A DNA stretch of 64,000 bases. Origin: Octopus vulgaris. Taxonomy: Eukaryota. The translations under genes were made by a program, and so were the position numbers. Position 1 is the first letter of the stretch. Each line of letters opens with the position of its first letter. A model generated the notes under the pieces. It had not been told where the DNA came from. It did not search any database and saw only the letters and a list, made by a program, of their open reading frames with translations. The stretch lies in NCBI GenBank assembly GCA_951406725.2, contig OX597820.1:114824001-114888000 (forward strand), written 5' to 3'. This document shows, one piece after another, positions 1-12,900 of this stretch.

Positions 1-775
1 ATAATAATAATGATATATAATAATAATGATATATAATGAATAATAATAATGATATATAATAATAATGATAATGATATATAATGAATAATAATAATGATAT
101 ATAATAATAATGATAATGATATATAATGAATAATAATAATGATATATAATAATAATGATATATAATGAATAATAATAATGATATATAATAATAATGATAA
201 TGATATATAATGAATAATAATAATGATATATAATAATAATGATAATGATATATAATGAATAATAATAATGATATATAATAATAATGATAATGATATATAA
301 TGAATAATAATAATGATATATAATAATAATGATATATAATGAATAATAATAATGATATATAATAATAATGATAATGATATATAATGAATAATAATAATGA
401 TATATAATAATAATGATATATAATGAATAATAATAATGATATATAATAATAATGATAATGATATATAATGAATAATAATAATGATATATAATAATAATGA
501 TAATGATATATAATGAATAATAATAATGATATATAATAATAATGATATATAATGAATAATAATAATGATATATAATAATAATGATAATGATATATAATGA
601 ATAATAATAATGATATATAATGATAATGATATATAATGAATAATAATAATGATATATAATAATGAATAATAATAATGATATATAATAATGATATATAATG
701 AATAATAATAATGATATATAATAATAATATATAATGAATATAATAATGAATAATAATAATGATGTATAATAATAA
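1..775. repeat. AT-rich compound minisatellite (ataat/gat/gaat units)
   Basis: Direct tandem array of taataataatgatata and atgaataat variants. Confidence 0.95.
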
Positions 776-783
776 GAACTGAC

Positions 784-921
784 CACCATTAACAAAATAT
801 AATGGTAAAGAATTTTCATGAGAACAAGTCTCTTCAGAATTGTCATCATCACTGCTTGATGTTGGCTGGCCATTAATTTGCACAAGCGTTTTGCTTCGCT
901 TAATGTTGAGTTCATTGTCAT
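784..921 (-). CDS. NF-kB exon with NLS-like KRSK and Ser/acidic linker; gene continues beyond window start
   Basis: DDNELNIKRSKTLVQINGQPTSSSDDDNSEETCSHENSLPLYFVNG; acceptor tttcag, probable donor GTCAGT; phase matches the previous exon. Confidence 0.75.
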
Positions 922-1399
922 CTGAAATTACAACAAAGAGATCATTAGTAATTTAGTAATTAGTCCAATGTAATCATCATCATCATCATTTAAAGTTGCA
1001 CTTTTCCAAGCTTGCATGAGTCAGAGAGAATTTGTTAAGACAAGTTTACCTGTCACCAGCATCCCCCTGTTTCCAACCAGGTAATTTTACCCCCATGGTC
1101 AGATATGTTTTCTGCAGAAGACTGGAAATGAAGAATATCACTTATATGACAATGATTCTCACTTTACAGCCATTGCATGCTGTCAAGACAAAGGTACACA
1201 AAAACAGACACACATATACATCAATATACACATATATACAATGGAAATCTTTCAGTTTCCATTATCAAATCCATTTGCAAAGCTTTGGTTGTCCCAGAGC
1301 TACAGTAGAAGATACTTAACCAAGGTGCTGCTTATATTAAACACATTTTTGCCTTACAATATGGAACATTTCCTTTTCTTTCACTCTTTTTAAAAAATG

Positions 1400-1720
1400 G
1401 CACTCCATTGGCTACGACAACAAGGTTTCTGTTAATCTGATCAATGGAAGAGTTTGCTTGTAAAATGAATGCGCTAAGTGGTTGAGTACTCCATGGATAT
1501 GCATACCATAAGGTAGTTCTTAGGGAGATTCAGCCTCACACAGAATGTGACAAGGCTGGCCCCTCTGAATTACAGCTACGACTCATTTTTGCCAGCTGAG
1601 TGGACTGCAGCAAGGTGAAGTAAAGTAGCTTGCTCAAAAACACGGCCTGCCGCAGAGAATCATACTCATGACTTTACAATCATGGGCTGAATACCCCTAA
1701 CCACTGAGCCACGCACCTCC
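1400..1720 (-). mobile_element. tRNA-derived SINE
   Basis: Minus strand begins GGAGGTGCGTGGCTCAGTGGTTAGG (box A-like); related heads at 11680-12020 (+) and 57890-58210 (-). Confidence 0.6.
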
Positions 1721-2664
1721 GCTCTCTTAATCGTAGAGAAAAGGAGTGAAGCAATAGAGACAGAGAAAGGAAAGCCTCAGTCATTAACAATGACATTAGA
1801 CTGAAATGTGATCAACCTGTTCTAGCTTCTTTACTTTTAACGATGAAGAAGAGGGAAAGACATGAATAGGGGGAGAGTCTTTCAGGTGTTTAGGTTTTTA
1901 TTCTGGGAGTTCTAGAACAATCGAGTGTTTAGTTCTCTCTTCTTTCCTCCAACCCCTGGTATTTATTCGCCTTTTTTCATAATTCTTCATGTCTTTTAGT
2001 TGGGGCAAGAAAGACCATGCTCTTTTTCAGGCACGTTTAACATTTTCTCTACAAACTACAAACAAGCCCCATTCCCGTCCTGATTTTTTTCACACAAAAA
2101 CTAATGCAAATTTTGAACGGGATATAGCTGTGAAAAGAGCCCAGAAAATTGCTTTAATACCCCCCTACAAAATGGGTGGGGGAGAAAAGTTGCCAACAGG
2201 TGGCTACACGAAAATCAACTCTATGCTTTAAAGAGTGTCTTCTACTATAGCCTCGGGCTGATTAAAGCCTCGTGAGTGAATTTGGTAGACGTAAACTGAA
2301 AGAAGCCTGTCGTGTGTATGTGTGTGTGTGTTTGTGTCCGTTCCCCCCTTCCCCACCATTGTTTGACAACTGGTGTTGGTGTGTTTGCGTCCTCATTACT
2401 TATCTGTTTGGCAGAAGAGGCTAATAGAATAGGTACCAGGCTTAGAGGGAATAAGTCCAGGGGTCAATTTCTTCAGCCAAAGGGTGGTGCTCCAGCATGG
2501 CCACCGTCAAATGACTGAAACAAGTAAAAGAATATAAGAATACTAGAAGAACATTCCGTATCATTAAACCAAGAAGGTTCTTTGAATACGTATGATGAAT
2601 TTTAAGGCCAAATAGTAATTCTGTTTATATTTACATAACTGAGATATTTTGTTTGGATTATATA

Positions 2665-3904
2665 TTAGGTCGTCAAGTATGAAATTTGTAGAAAAGAAAA
2701 AAGTTTGCTAATGCTTTATAAATACAAGGAATAGTTTCATTCACCAAAGTATGCACCCATATCGTCAATACACTTTTACCATTTCAGCGGTAGCTTGTCC
2801 AGCCCGGAACTGTAAAAGCCTGGCAATCTAGAGTCAATAAAACTTTGGAAGGCCTGTTTCACAGCATCATCAGAATTGAATTTTTTTCCTATCAAAAATT
2901 TATCAAAATTCTGGAAGAAGTGGTAGCCAGTGGGTGCAAGATCAAGTGAGTATGGCAGATGATGAAGAACTTCCAACTCCTGTAGTTTCACCAATGTCAT
3001 TTTTGCAATGTGTGGTCTAGCATTGTCTTGCAATAAAACAGAAGTGGATATGTTGACTAATCTAGGCTGTTTTTTTTGTAAGTTTCTACATCAATTGGTC
3101 CAGTTGGCTGCAGTATACTTCGGCCATGATTGATGAGCCAGGTTAAATGAAATCATAATGGATTACACCTGTGCCAAACCACCAAACACACACTATCAGT
3201 TTCTTTTGATGAATTTCGCTTTTTGAACTGTGTTTTGGTGGCTTGTCTTTGTCCAACCATTTACAGTTGTTGTATTGGATCCATTTCTCATCACATGTTA
3301 CAATTCGATTAAAAAATGTGACGAGCAAGTAGCATAATGCAGGCTTCCAAACACTGATGTTTCTGATTTTCATTGAGTTCGTGTGGAACCTACTTATTCA
3401 ACGTTTTCACTTTACAGGTGAGTCAATATTGTTTGCGTGCTAACACCAAACAACAATAATTCATGGATACTTTGAGATGGATCTGACTCAACGGTGGCTT
3501 TCAGTTCGTTATCCACCTTTGTTTCTGGTCAATCACGTTGCTCATTTGTGAGGTCAAAGTTATCAGAACGAAATTTTGCAAACCAATTTGATACTGTCTG
3601 CTGTGTAATAACATTAGAATGAAATACTCCATTAATATTCCAAGCTGTATGTGATGCTGTTTTTCCAAGAAAGAACTCATATTTCAAAACTGCACAAATT
3701 TCCGACTCATCCATCTCTAAGCAAAAATAGCAAAAAAGGATTTATAAATACTCTATAAAGCACAAAATGAGTTAGAATAAAGAAATAGATGTGTCAGCTT
3801 TCTAACAAAAAATGCAGATTGTCAAAATAAAATAATGGCACAAAATGAGCAGCTGTCAAAGTTTATCATATACCTTTCTACAAATTTCATAGTCAAAGAC
3901 CTAA
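2665..3904 (-). mobile_element. Full-length degenerate mariner (Tc1/mariner) transposon
   Basis: About 30 bp TIRs (ttaggtc..tatgaaatttgtagaaa) flanked by TA; broken transposase with IVTCDEKW, QDNARPH and YSLDLAPTGYHFF motifs. Confidence 0.92.
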
Positions 3905-4911
3905 TAGTTATCAGTTTTACACTCTTTGCTATATTCTATAACTGTCAGAACATCGAAACATTTCTCATGGCACCAGTACACAATTTACAGACACTTACAT
4001 TCTTTGTTTTCCATGAATTTTTCATGGGTCCATCTAGTTAATATTATTCATACTTAACACCCATTGAAATTGCTGCAAGACTTGTAACACCAATTACCCA
4101 CTTTTTGCCTGATTGTTGGATGATTGCAAAAAAGCTTCACTATCATACAGACAATGTTGTTGTTTACAGACTTCCATGAAAATCATGTCAAGCCATGGGG
4201 AAATATATTACCTTGTTTGGAAACAGTTGAGTGTTGGCAACATGAAGAGCATCCAGCTGTAAAAAAAATTTGCCACAATAAACTGTCTGACACATACAAG
4301 CATAGAAAAGTGGACATTAAATGATGATGATGAAGAAGAAACAGTGTTTTGTTAGTTTTCAGTGATGAGTTCAAATCCTTGGATGAAGTAGAAATAAAAA
4401 GTAGAGAACCACTCCAGAGTAGCCCAGGATATTCTACTCAAAATAATCATGAGATATTCCAGATGTTGTCAAGAGTATTAGTGGATCAAATGGTGTGAAG
4501 TGACTGCAACCAAGATTAGAAACCAACTTGTAAAGTCAGCTCACTACAAGCTTACCTTTTAGTACTAGGTACTCACCAACAACAGTGAGAAATTAACCCT
4601 TTGAGCTGGGGAGTGTGTTTTAACAGGTGTGATTTTATTTGACCATATCACTGGAAGAAGAAGCCATATGGCTTTTATGTTTACTGAATAATGATGTTTC
4701 TGCGAATTAATGCAGCATAAACTTAAAATCATGCGGTTGCCTGCTTTTCCATTTTCTAAGAAGATTGTCAAACAAAATTGCACTTGCTAAAGCACAGTGG
4801 TGGGTTCAAAGAGTTAAAATCCATTTATATTAAGACTAACAAGAAATTATGATTGAACTGAAAAGAAAGAAATGGAATACACATTGCATTAATCAGAATA
4901 TAAATCTTTAC

Positions 4912-5050
4912 CTGGGCATTTTGGGTAATATGTGAAGATCATTGCTTCGCTTGTTTCATTGTTAGATGGCCTCTCCAGTCGGATGTTAACTTGTATAGGT
5001 TTACTGATATGTATATTATGATATGGTGGCGTTTTAAACACAATAGCATA
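4912..5050 (-). CDS. NF-kB IPT exon
   Basis: YAIVFKTPPYHNIHISKPIQVNIRLERPSNNETSEAMIFTYYPKCP resembles p50 FAIVFKTPKY..FLYYP; ttctag/GTAAAG boundaries; 139 nt. Confidence 0.95.
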
Positions 5051-5356
5051 CTAGAAATGAATAATAATATAATGTAGTTAATATTTCTAGATATAATATT
5101 CATATGTGTGAATACATATTAGATTGTAGAGTCTGGAAGAATGGGCAGAATGAATAAAATAGCTTGTTATTTGGTTGCATTCCTTGACCCTATCCAGATC
5201 AACTGACTTTCATCTTTCCTAAGCTGGTATCCAGCTTGGCCACAGTTCATTGACAAACTAATAAAGAATACATCCATTATAAAGATTATAAAAGTCAAAT
5301 GATTTGTAAGATAATATTGGAAAGACATACTAAAACTGAATAATAATAATAATAAT

Positions 5357-7944
5357 GAGAAAAGCCCGCATTGAATAACAACATGGATGTACTAAACCAG
5401 GCTCTCCATTCAAAAACAAATCTAATCCGATAACATCGATGGAATTAGATAAGACTTGAAGGCAGTGGCTTTTTAACGAAAATACTAAAAAAAAATTGTA
5501 CTGCCATACAAAGTTTCTCTTACGCACGGTGTCTCAATGAAACATGTGCAAAACACACATGTGATATCAACACCGGAATGTTTGCAAATTATAAAATAGA
5601 AATGGAACAAAATTGTAAGTACATAAATTGAGTAATTATGCATACACTCAAATGTCTACACAATCATATATACATTTTGATAACCACAGGACTACACATA
5701 CATCCCAATGTTTACACAACTACATGAAATTTACAGGACACACACTCACACACATGAAAGCAGGTGTCACAAACGAAGCAAAAACAAAATCAAAACTTTT
5801 TTTCTTATCTTATTTTCTTTTTTCGAACTAACACAGACAGAGTGAACCATTCATAAGTTTAAAAACACTACAAAAAAAAAAAATCTATTTTCGGAGATAA
5901 ATCTATCAACAAAAAAAAATACAGAAGTACACAGATCAGCTAGCCTTAAGAAGCTATGCTGCGAGCGATGTTTACATGCAGAGACCATGGAGATGGTGTT
6001 GTTGCAAAAAATTAACCCTAAACAGACAGATCTGTCTCCTAATGTAAGCATCGAAGCTTGTCATGCCTCACTGTTAACAAAACAAATTACAAACCGCAAT
6101 GGTCATCGATCGGATTACAAAAGACCACATACTCAAATGTTGAACTAGATTCGGGTTGAAAAATCAGCTACTGGTTCAAATCTTTCCAAAACACAGGAGC
6201 TGGAAGTACCCCACAACCGGAATATTCCAACAGATAGCCATCCATGCCCATCAAATAACCAAAAGAAAAAGATGGAAAAATGGTCTAGGGAAGATTAATA
6301 AAGAAGTTCTTATGGCCTTCCATCATGCCAGATATTTCCCCACAGATAAATCTAACACTGTACAAACCTACATAAACTGGAGACAGAAACACCCTGAAGC
6401 AAGACCCTACATAGACAGTAACAAACTTGCCAACGTCAGAAGAAACATTATGAAAAAAAAATTACTGACTGAAGTAGAGATTGACCAAATTAAACAAGCA
6501 GTAAAGGATAAAAAGAACGAAGCTGCAGCTAAAGAAGATAATACAGAGGAAATAATTATAGACCAGCCCAGGGCTGATAAAAACGCAGTAAGGATTGAAA
6601 GAGTTAGTATAACTGATAGGCAAAGTGAAATACTCACTGAACCAATCATAAACACTAATACAGATGAAAATGAAATAGATGAAGAAAGTCACACAAATAT
6701 TGACCCAACAGAACTACATGAGCTAAAAAATTTCAAATCATGATTGAATGGCTGAAAATTAAAGAAACCAGTATGGATGAATGCAATACTCTCCCAAAAA
6801 TCCGCAATTCTAACCAAAACCTGAAAATAATTGGTAAAATCCGCCTTGCACTTAAGGATATAATTTCAGCTAATGATGGTGATATCACAGATCTCAACCA
6901 CCTGTACTATGCATCCGCGAAAATCTCAACGATTCTATGTGGTGAAAAGATTGCCACAATTGGCCTGGACACCTACCTGAAAAACTCTGAGGACTGGATG
7001 TTAAAACTTGTCTCAAAACATGAAAACAAGAAAGCATCATACTCAGTAACAAAACAGGCAAAGGAATATCTAAGTGAATTCCGAATACAACAAATTTCGA
7101 AATTAAACATACAAGAAACAAGCGCAGAAAAAGCTAAGCGCATGAAAACTGCTACCTTAGATATTCTGAATGATAAATGGCAAGAAAAACCTCTCAATGG
7201 CAAATAATGCCAATGTTGACAAAGCCCTGATCCATCAATGGCTAATGGCCTCTGGCTTAAAATCTGAAACAGAAGGGTTTATCATAGCAGCTCAAGATCA
7301 ATGCCTACCTACAAGGAACTACCAGGCCAACGTATTAAAGAACGGCAGTAGCCCAACATGTCGTGTATGTCAACAACAAAATGAAACCATTGATCATGTT
7401 GTCTCCAAGTGCAGTCTTCTTACGCCTACAGAGTATCTCAACAGGCATGATAGAGCTGCACAATATATTCACTAGGTAATTTGTAAAAGCCTGGACTTGC
7501 CCCATGATAAAAACTGGTGGGAACGCAAACCACCTCCAGTGCTTGAAAATGATCACATCTCACTCCTCTGGAACTTTACCATTCAAACTGACAGAAAGAT
7601 AAATGCGAATAGGCCAGACATCATATTGAAAGACTTCAGACAAAGAAATGCCTCCTCATTGATATGACTGTCCCAATCGATATAAACATATCTGTCAAGA
7701 CCTACCAAAAACTGAGCAAATATAAAGATCTTGAAATAGAAATTAGCAAAATGTGGAACCTGAAGACTAAAACAATACCTGTTGTCATAGGTGCCCTGGG
7801 AATGATAGCGAAAGGGGCTGATTACTACCTAGCTCAGATACCAGGAAACCCCAAAATGGCAGAAATTCCAACCTGTTGTCTCTTGAGGTTTCTGGGTGAG
7901 ACTTGGAGCCAACTTGTACAGACGTAAAGCAAAAGTCAAACATA

Positions 7945-7975
<31 letters not shown>
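5357..7975 (+). mobile_element. R4/Dong-clade non-LTR retrotransposon, internally deleted
   Basis: AAQDQ motif, CRVC..ETIDH..C zinc knuckle, RHD and RPD restriction-like endonuclease motifs, KYKDL, PVVIGALG; (TAA)n on both sides; no RT motifs seen; 5' boundary approximate. Confidence 0.8.
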
Positions 7976-9185
7976 TTCTACTGTAGGCACAAGACCTGAA
8001 ATGTTGAAGAGTACTCAACTAGTATTTATTCCATCAACCTTGAAAGGATGAAAACTCAAAGTCAACCTCTGCAGCATTTGTACTCAGAATGCTAAGACAG
8101 ATGAAACGTTGCTATGCATTTTTTCCAGCACAGTAAATATTCTGCCAGCTTGCCACCTTCATTATCATCATCGTTTAACGTCTGCTTTCCATGCTAGCAT
8201 GGGTTGAACGCCTTGACTGAGGGCTGGCGAACCAGATGGCTGCACCAGGCTCAGTCTTGATCTGGCAGAGTTTCTACAGCTGGATGCCCTTCCTAACGCT
8301 AACCACTCCAAGAGTGTAGTGGGTGCTTTTACGTGCCACCAGCACGAGGGCCAGTCAGGAGGTACTGGCAACGACCTCGCTTGAATTTTTTTACACATGC
8401 CAATGGCACAGGTGCCAGTAAGGCGATGCTGGTAATGATCCCACTCGCATGGTGCCTCCTACATGCCACCGGCACGGAAGCCAGTTAGCTGCTCTGGCAA
8501 CGATCAGATGGTGCTCTTAATCCTTTCTGCTATAGGTACAAGGCCTGAAATCTTAGAAGAGAGGTTAATCAATTACATTGACCCTGGTGCTTATTTCATT
8601 GACCCCCCCCCCCCCCCCAGGATGCAAGGCAAAGTCAACCTCAGCAGAATTTGATCTCAGAACATAAAGCCCAATGAAATGCCACTAAGCATTTGTGTGT
8701 TGAGTTTTGCCACCTTAATATGATAACTCTTTTTAATTTTGGCACAAGACCAGCAATTTTAAAAGGTAGAGTTAGTTGATTACATCAAACCCAGTGCTCA
8801 AATGGTACTTATTTTTATTGACTCCGAAGTTCTTATTTTTATTTTTATTGACTCCAAAGAGATAAAAGACAAAGTGAATCTTGATGGAATTTCAACTCAG
8901 AATGCAAAGAGCTGGAAATGACACAAAGCATTCTGTCCAACATTCTACTGATTCTGCTGGTTCACTGACTTAATAATAATAATTCTTTCAAATTTTGAGG
9001 AGAGGGTAAACTTAATTATATCAAAACCAGTGCTCAGCTGATACTAATTTTATTAGCCCCCCCCCCAAAGGATGAAAAGCAAAGTCAACTTCTGTGGCAT
9101 TTGAACTCAGGACATAAAGAGCAAGTAGAAATGCCACTAAGAATTTTGTCCAGTGCAGTAACAGTTCCACCAACTCACTGTCTTA
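7976..9185 (-). mobile_element. Cluster of four same-orientation SINE copies plus an RTE-tail repeat (8162-8519)
   Basis: Each copy shows aaaggatgaaaggcaaagtcaacct..gaatttgaactcag. Other copies lie at 27266-27466, 35645-35845, 40820-41010, 41790-42246 and 44960-45130. Confidence 0.8.
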
Positions 9186-9442
9186 ACAACAATGATGATG
9201 ATGATGATTGTAAATCTGGGGATTTTGAATTTAAATTTCTTCATTCTTTCTCTCATATCTGATAGCAGAAAGATGTCCTGGTCAAAGTCTCGGTGAAAGA
9301 TGTGTATTTTGCAAAAGTATTTGAGGGAATTTGCTTACTCTCAGAATATGGATTATATTAATTGAAATTGTTGTTATATGATGCAATCACCATTAATGTT
9401 ACTGATGCTTATAATTAAACTATCATACACACTTGAAACAGT

Positions 9443-9900
9443 CATCATCATCATTTAATGTCCGTTTTCCATGCTAGCATGGGTTGGACGGTTCGACCGA
9501 GGTCTGGAAGCCATGGAGGCTGCACCAGGCTCCAGTCTGATCTTGCAGTGTTTCTACAGCTGGATGCCCTTCCTAACACCAACCACTCCACGAGTGTAGT
9601 GGGTGTTTTTTTATGTGCCACCGGCACAGGGGCCAGAGCAGGCTGGCAAACGGCCACGATCGGTTGGTGCTTTTACGTGTCACCGACATGGACGCCAGTC
9701 AGGCAGTGCTGGCATCTGCCACGTTCGGACAGTGCTTTTTACGTGTCACCGGCACAGGTGTCTTAACTACAATTTCCATTGAATTTTTATTTTGATGTTG
9801 ATGTACTTAACTCAGTAGGTCTCCTCATGAACAGCGGGTCACTCTACAATCCAAGGTTAGCACAGCAGGCCATCCTGCGAGCCATGAACTCACTTCATTT
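9443..9900 (-). mobile_element. RTE LINE 3' end repeat with (GAT)n tail
   Basis: Shares gtggttggcgttaggaagggcatccagc..ggacgttaaacgatgatg with the 3' UTR of the RTE at 21192-22198. Further copies at 12652-13199, 44117-44550, 47478-47870, 49364-49598, 52003-52278 and 61323-61545. Confidence 0.8.
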
Positions 9901-12900
9901 AAAATACTGATGTGTATAACATCTCAGTCTAATGCTATTTCAAATGCAAATATTAATTTAATTCTAGCCTGCCTAGGTTTCACACAGATCGGTAAATGTT
10001 TTGCCAACTGATTTGTACATTGGAACAATTATCTTCAGTTAACCTCAAAATGCCAGGGTATTTGTCACTAAAGAGACCAAATCAAGTTGAAATTCCCAAT
10101 GTTCTTTAGCATGTAAGTCTCTGAGATATTTCTCTGGAATACAATATTACAGTAAGAAGCATTCCATACTTGTATACACATAAATTTTATTACATACTAG
10201 GATACTAATAATGACTCTGTATCATGTTTTACTGTTTGTGTTGTTAACCCTGGAAGGAAACATTTTCCAGCTTTCTGGCTTTACTTTGGTTTATATTCTT
10301 CCTTTATCTGATCAGTTGTTTGATGCAGAGTTTATTTCTGCTGTTTGTGGTTTTGGCTCTGGCTTTTGTCAGGTCAGCTGTTTTAACTGAATAATGAGGT
10401 TTATTTTTTTTTGGCTGTGTGGTTACACTTGCTTCTTCAACCATGTGGTCTCAGGTTCAGTCCTGCTGTGTGGCATCTTGGGCAAGTGACTTCTGCCACA
10501 GCCCCAGGCTAACCAAAGCTTTATGAATAGATTTGGTAGAAGGAAACTGAAAGAAGCCTGCCAAATGTGTGTGGATGTATGTGTGTGTTTGCATGTACAT
10601 GCATACCCTTGTCTTCACACCATGCGATGGCCGTCACCAAGCACCACCATCATACAAGCGATGTTGTTCATGTTTAGTCATGTGAAAAACATGTGTGGTT
10701 ATGAAAAGATATTACGTTGCTCAGATAATTTTGAGGACTGGTGACAGAAAAGGCATCCAGCTGCAGAAAATCTTCCTCAACAAATTCTACCTGTGCCATG
10801 TAAGCATGGAAGAGTGAATGTTGAATAAGAATGAAGATGATGATATTACCTTGAAGATAAGTTTTTGGAAGCTTTTACATTTATTCTGTTGACCGTATAT
10901 CCTGTAGTGTTTATGTTGATAGTTGGAATGTTATTGAATTCTAAACACTGCTGTTAGCAGTGGTTTGATTGGACTTTATTTTCTTTGAAGTTTGTGAAAA
11001 TGATTTTGTTTTATTCATAAATGTGATGATGAGCAGGGGATCAGAAGAAAGTTGAAGACTATCTAAGCTGATTGATGTTTCAGGTATGACTTAAAACTGC
11101 ATCCTGTAGTGGGGCCATGGTTCAGCAGTTACGGGCTTTTGAGAAGAGTGGAACCACCTCTTAGTCACTACGGCTCCCAGGTCTGATCTGACTCAGAGTA
11201 ATAGCACTTGTCAGGGTCCCAGCTATGAGTTAATTAGCAGGTTATGGAAGAATTTCCAAGCACAAACCCTCACTGCCTTGTAAGAGCCTTGGAAAAAGAA
11301 AAGGCTAGGGGAGTCAACCTTGATAGTAAATCAAAGAGTGGAGGCCCTCAAATGATATGGTACCCTCTTTGACATTCTTCTGGCAACTCCATGGAGCATG
11401 GAGCTCTCCAACCCTGTAAGGCCACCTAGAAGATGGCTACTCCAATGTAAAATCTACAGCTTGCTGGTGACCACAGCCATCATAGCCCACTGAGCCACTG
11501 TGGATTGCAATGACTGACTCTCAATTTAAAACTAACCAGTTGAGGATGTGCCACTCTTTCATTGCTGCTATTGCCATCAGCCCTGATTGAGCAATCTAAT
11601 GCATTCCAGCCATGCCCATCCTGTTTGTTTTTTCTTTATTCAATTAGTGTATTTAAAATTGCACTATCCAAGATGTATGAAGGCACATGACTCAGGGGTT
11701 AGAGTGTCACGTTTACAATCATGAGGTTGTGAATTCAATTCCCAGACCAGGCTGTATTGCATTCTTGATCAAGACCCTTTATTTCATGCTGTTCCAGTTC
11801 ACTCAGTTGAAGAAATGAGTTGCAATGTCACTGGTGCTAAGCTGTATCAGCCCCTTTGCCTTTCCCTTGGATAACATCAATGGCATAGAGAGAGGAGAAT
11901 GGTATGCTTAGGCAACTGCTAGTTTTCCACAAACAACCTTGCCTGGACTTGTGCCTTGGAGGAGAACTTTCTTGGTGCAATCCCATGGTCACTTGTGACC
12001 GGAGGGGGTCTTTACCCTTTACCCTATCCAAGATGTACTTACCTGTTTAAGAGAATAAAGTGTGAAATGAGCAAGACTGAGCCGCTATTTAAAACCAGTT
12101 GATTGACCAAATAGAATCTCAGTAAGTAAGGAACCTGTTGAGAAGTATTTCTTTCTAGCTTGTTATATGATTGTGTTAGTGAGCATTCACTAACCTTTTT
12201 GATGCCAACCTGCTTGAGGCCAACCCTGGGTCTATTATACAAACTTCCTTTCTAAAGTGATCTAAACTAAAATTTCTCATTACAATTTCATGCTAATTTA
12301 TGTTACAAACAACAGATTAATAATAACAAAGTTATTTTACTAAATTCTTCATAATTTTTAAAGTTAACTGAAATGAAAATGGTGTATTTATACAGAAATA
12401 CAGTAACAAGAGTTAAGAAGACAGAGTTTGGTTGTGTTAACTGTATTGTTTTTGTATTAGGATATGTTGGATTCATTGAAGCATCCCAATGACTGTTTGG
12501 GAATGTTTTTATTTGTAGTAAGAAATGACTAACCTAGTAGGATTGTTGGTGAAGTTGTGGTTGTAAAATCTACAGCTTGCTGGTGACCACAGCCATCGTA
12601 GCCCACTGAGCCACTGTGGATTGCAATGACTGACTCTCAGTTTAAAACTAGGGACACAAAACTCTACTTGTGAAGACCTGTTGAGGCAAGCGAGGATCAG
12701 AATCGAAATCGATCAATGGAAATTGCAGATGTGTTACCAGTGCCGGTGGCATGTCAAAACTCTACTTGTGAAGGCAAGTGAGGCTCAGAAACGAAATTGA
12801 TCAATGGAAATTGCAGATGTGTTACCAGTGCCGGTGGCATGTAAGAGAACCTTCCGTTTCGCGACCGTTGCCAGCACCGCCCCAACTGGCCTCGTGCCGA

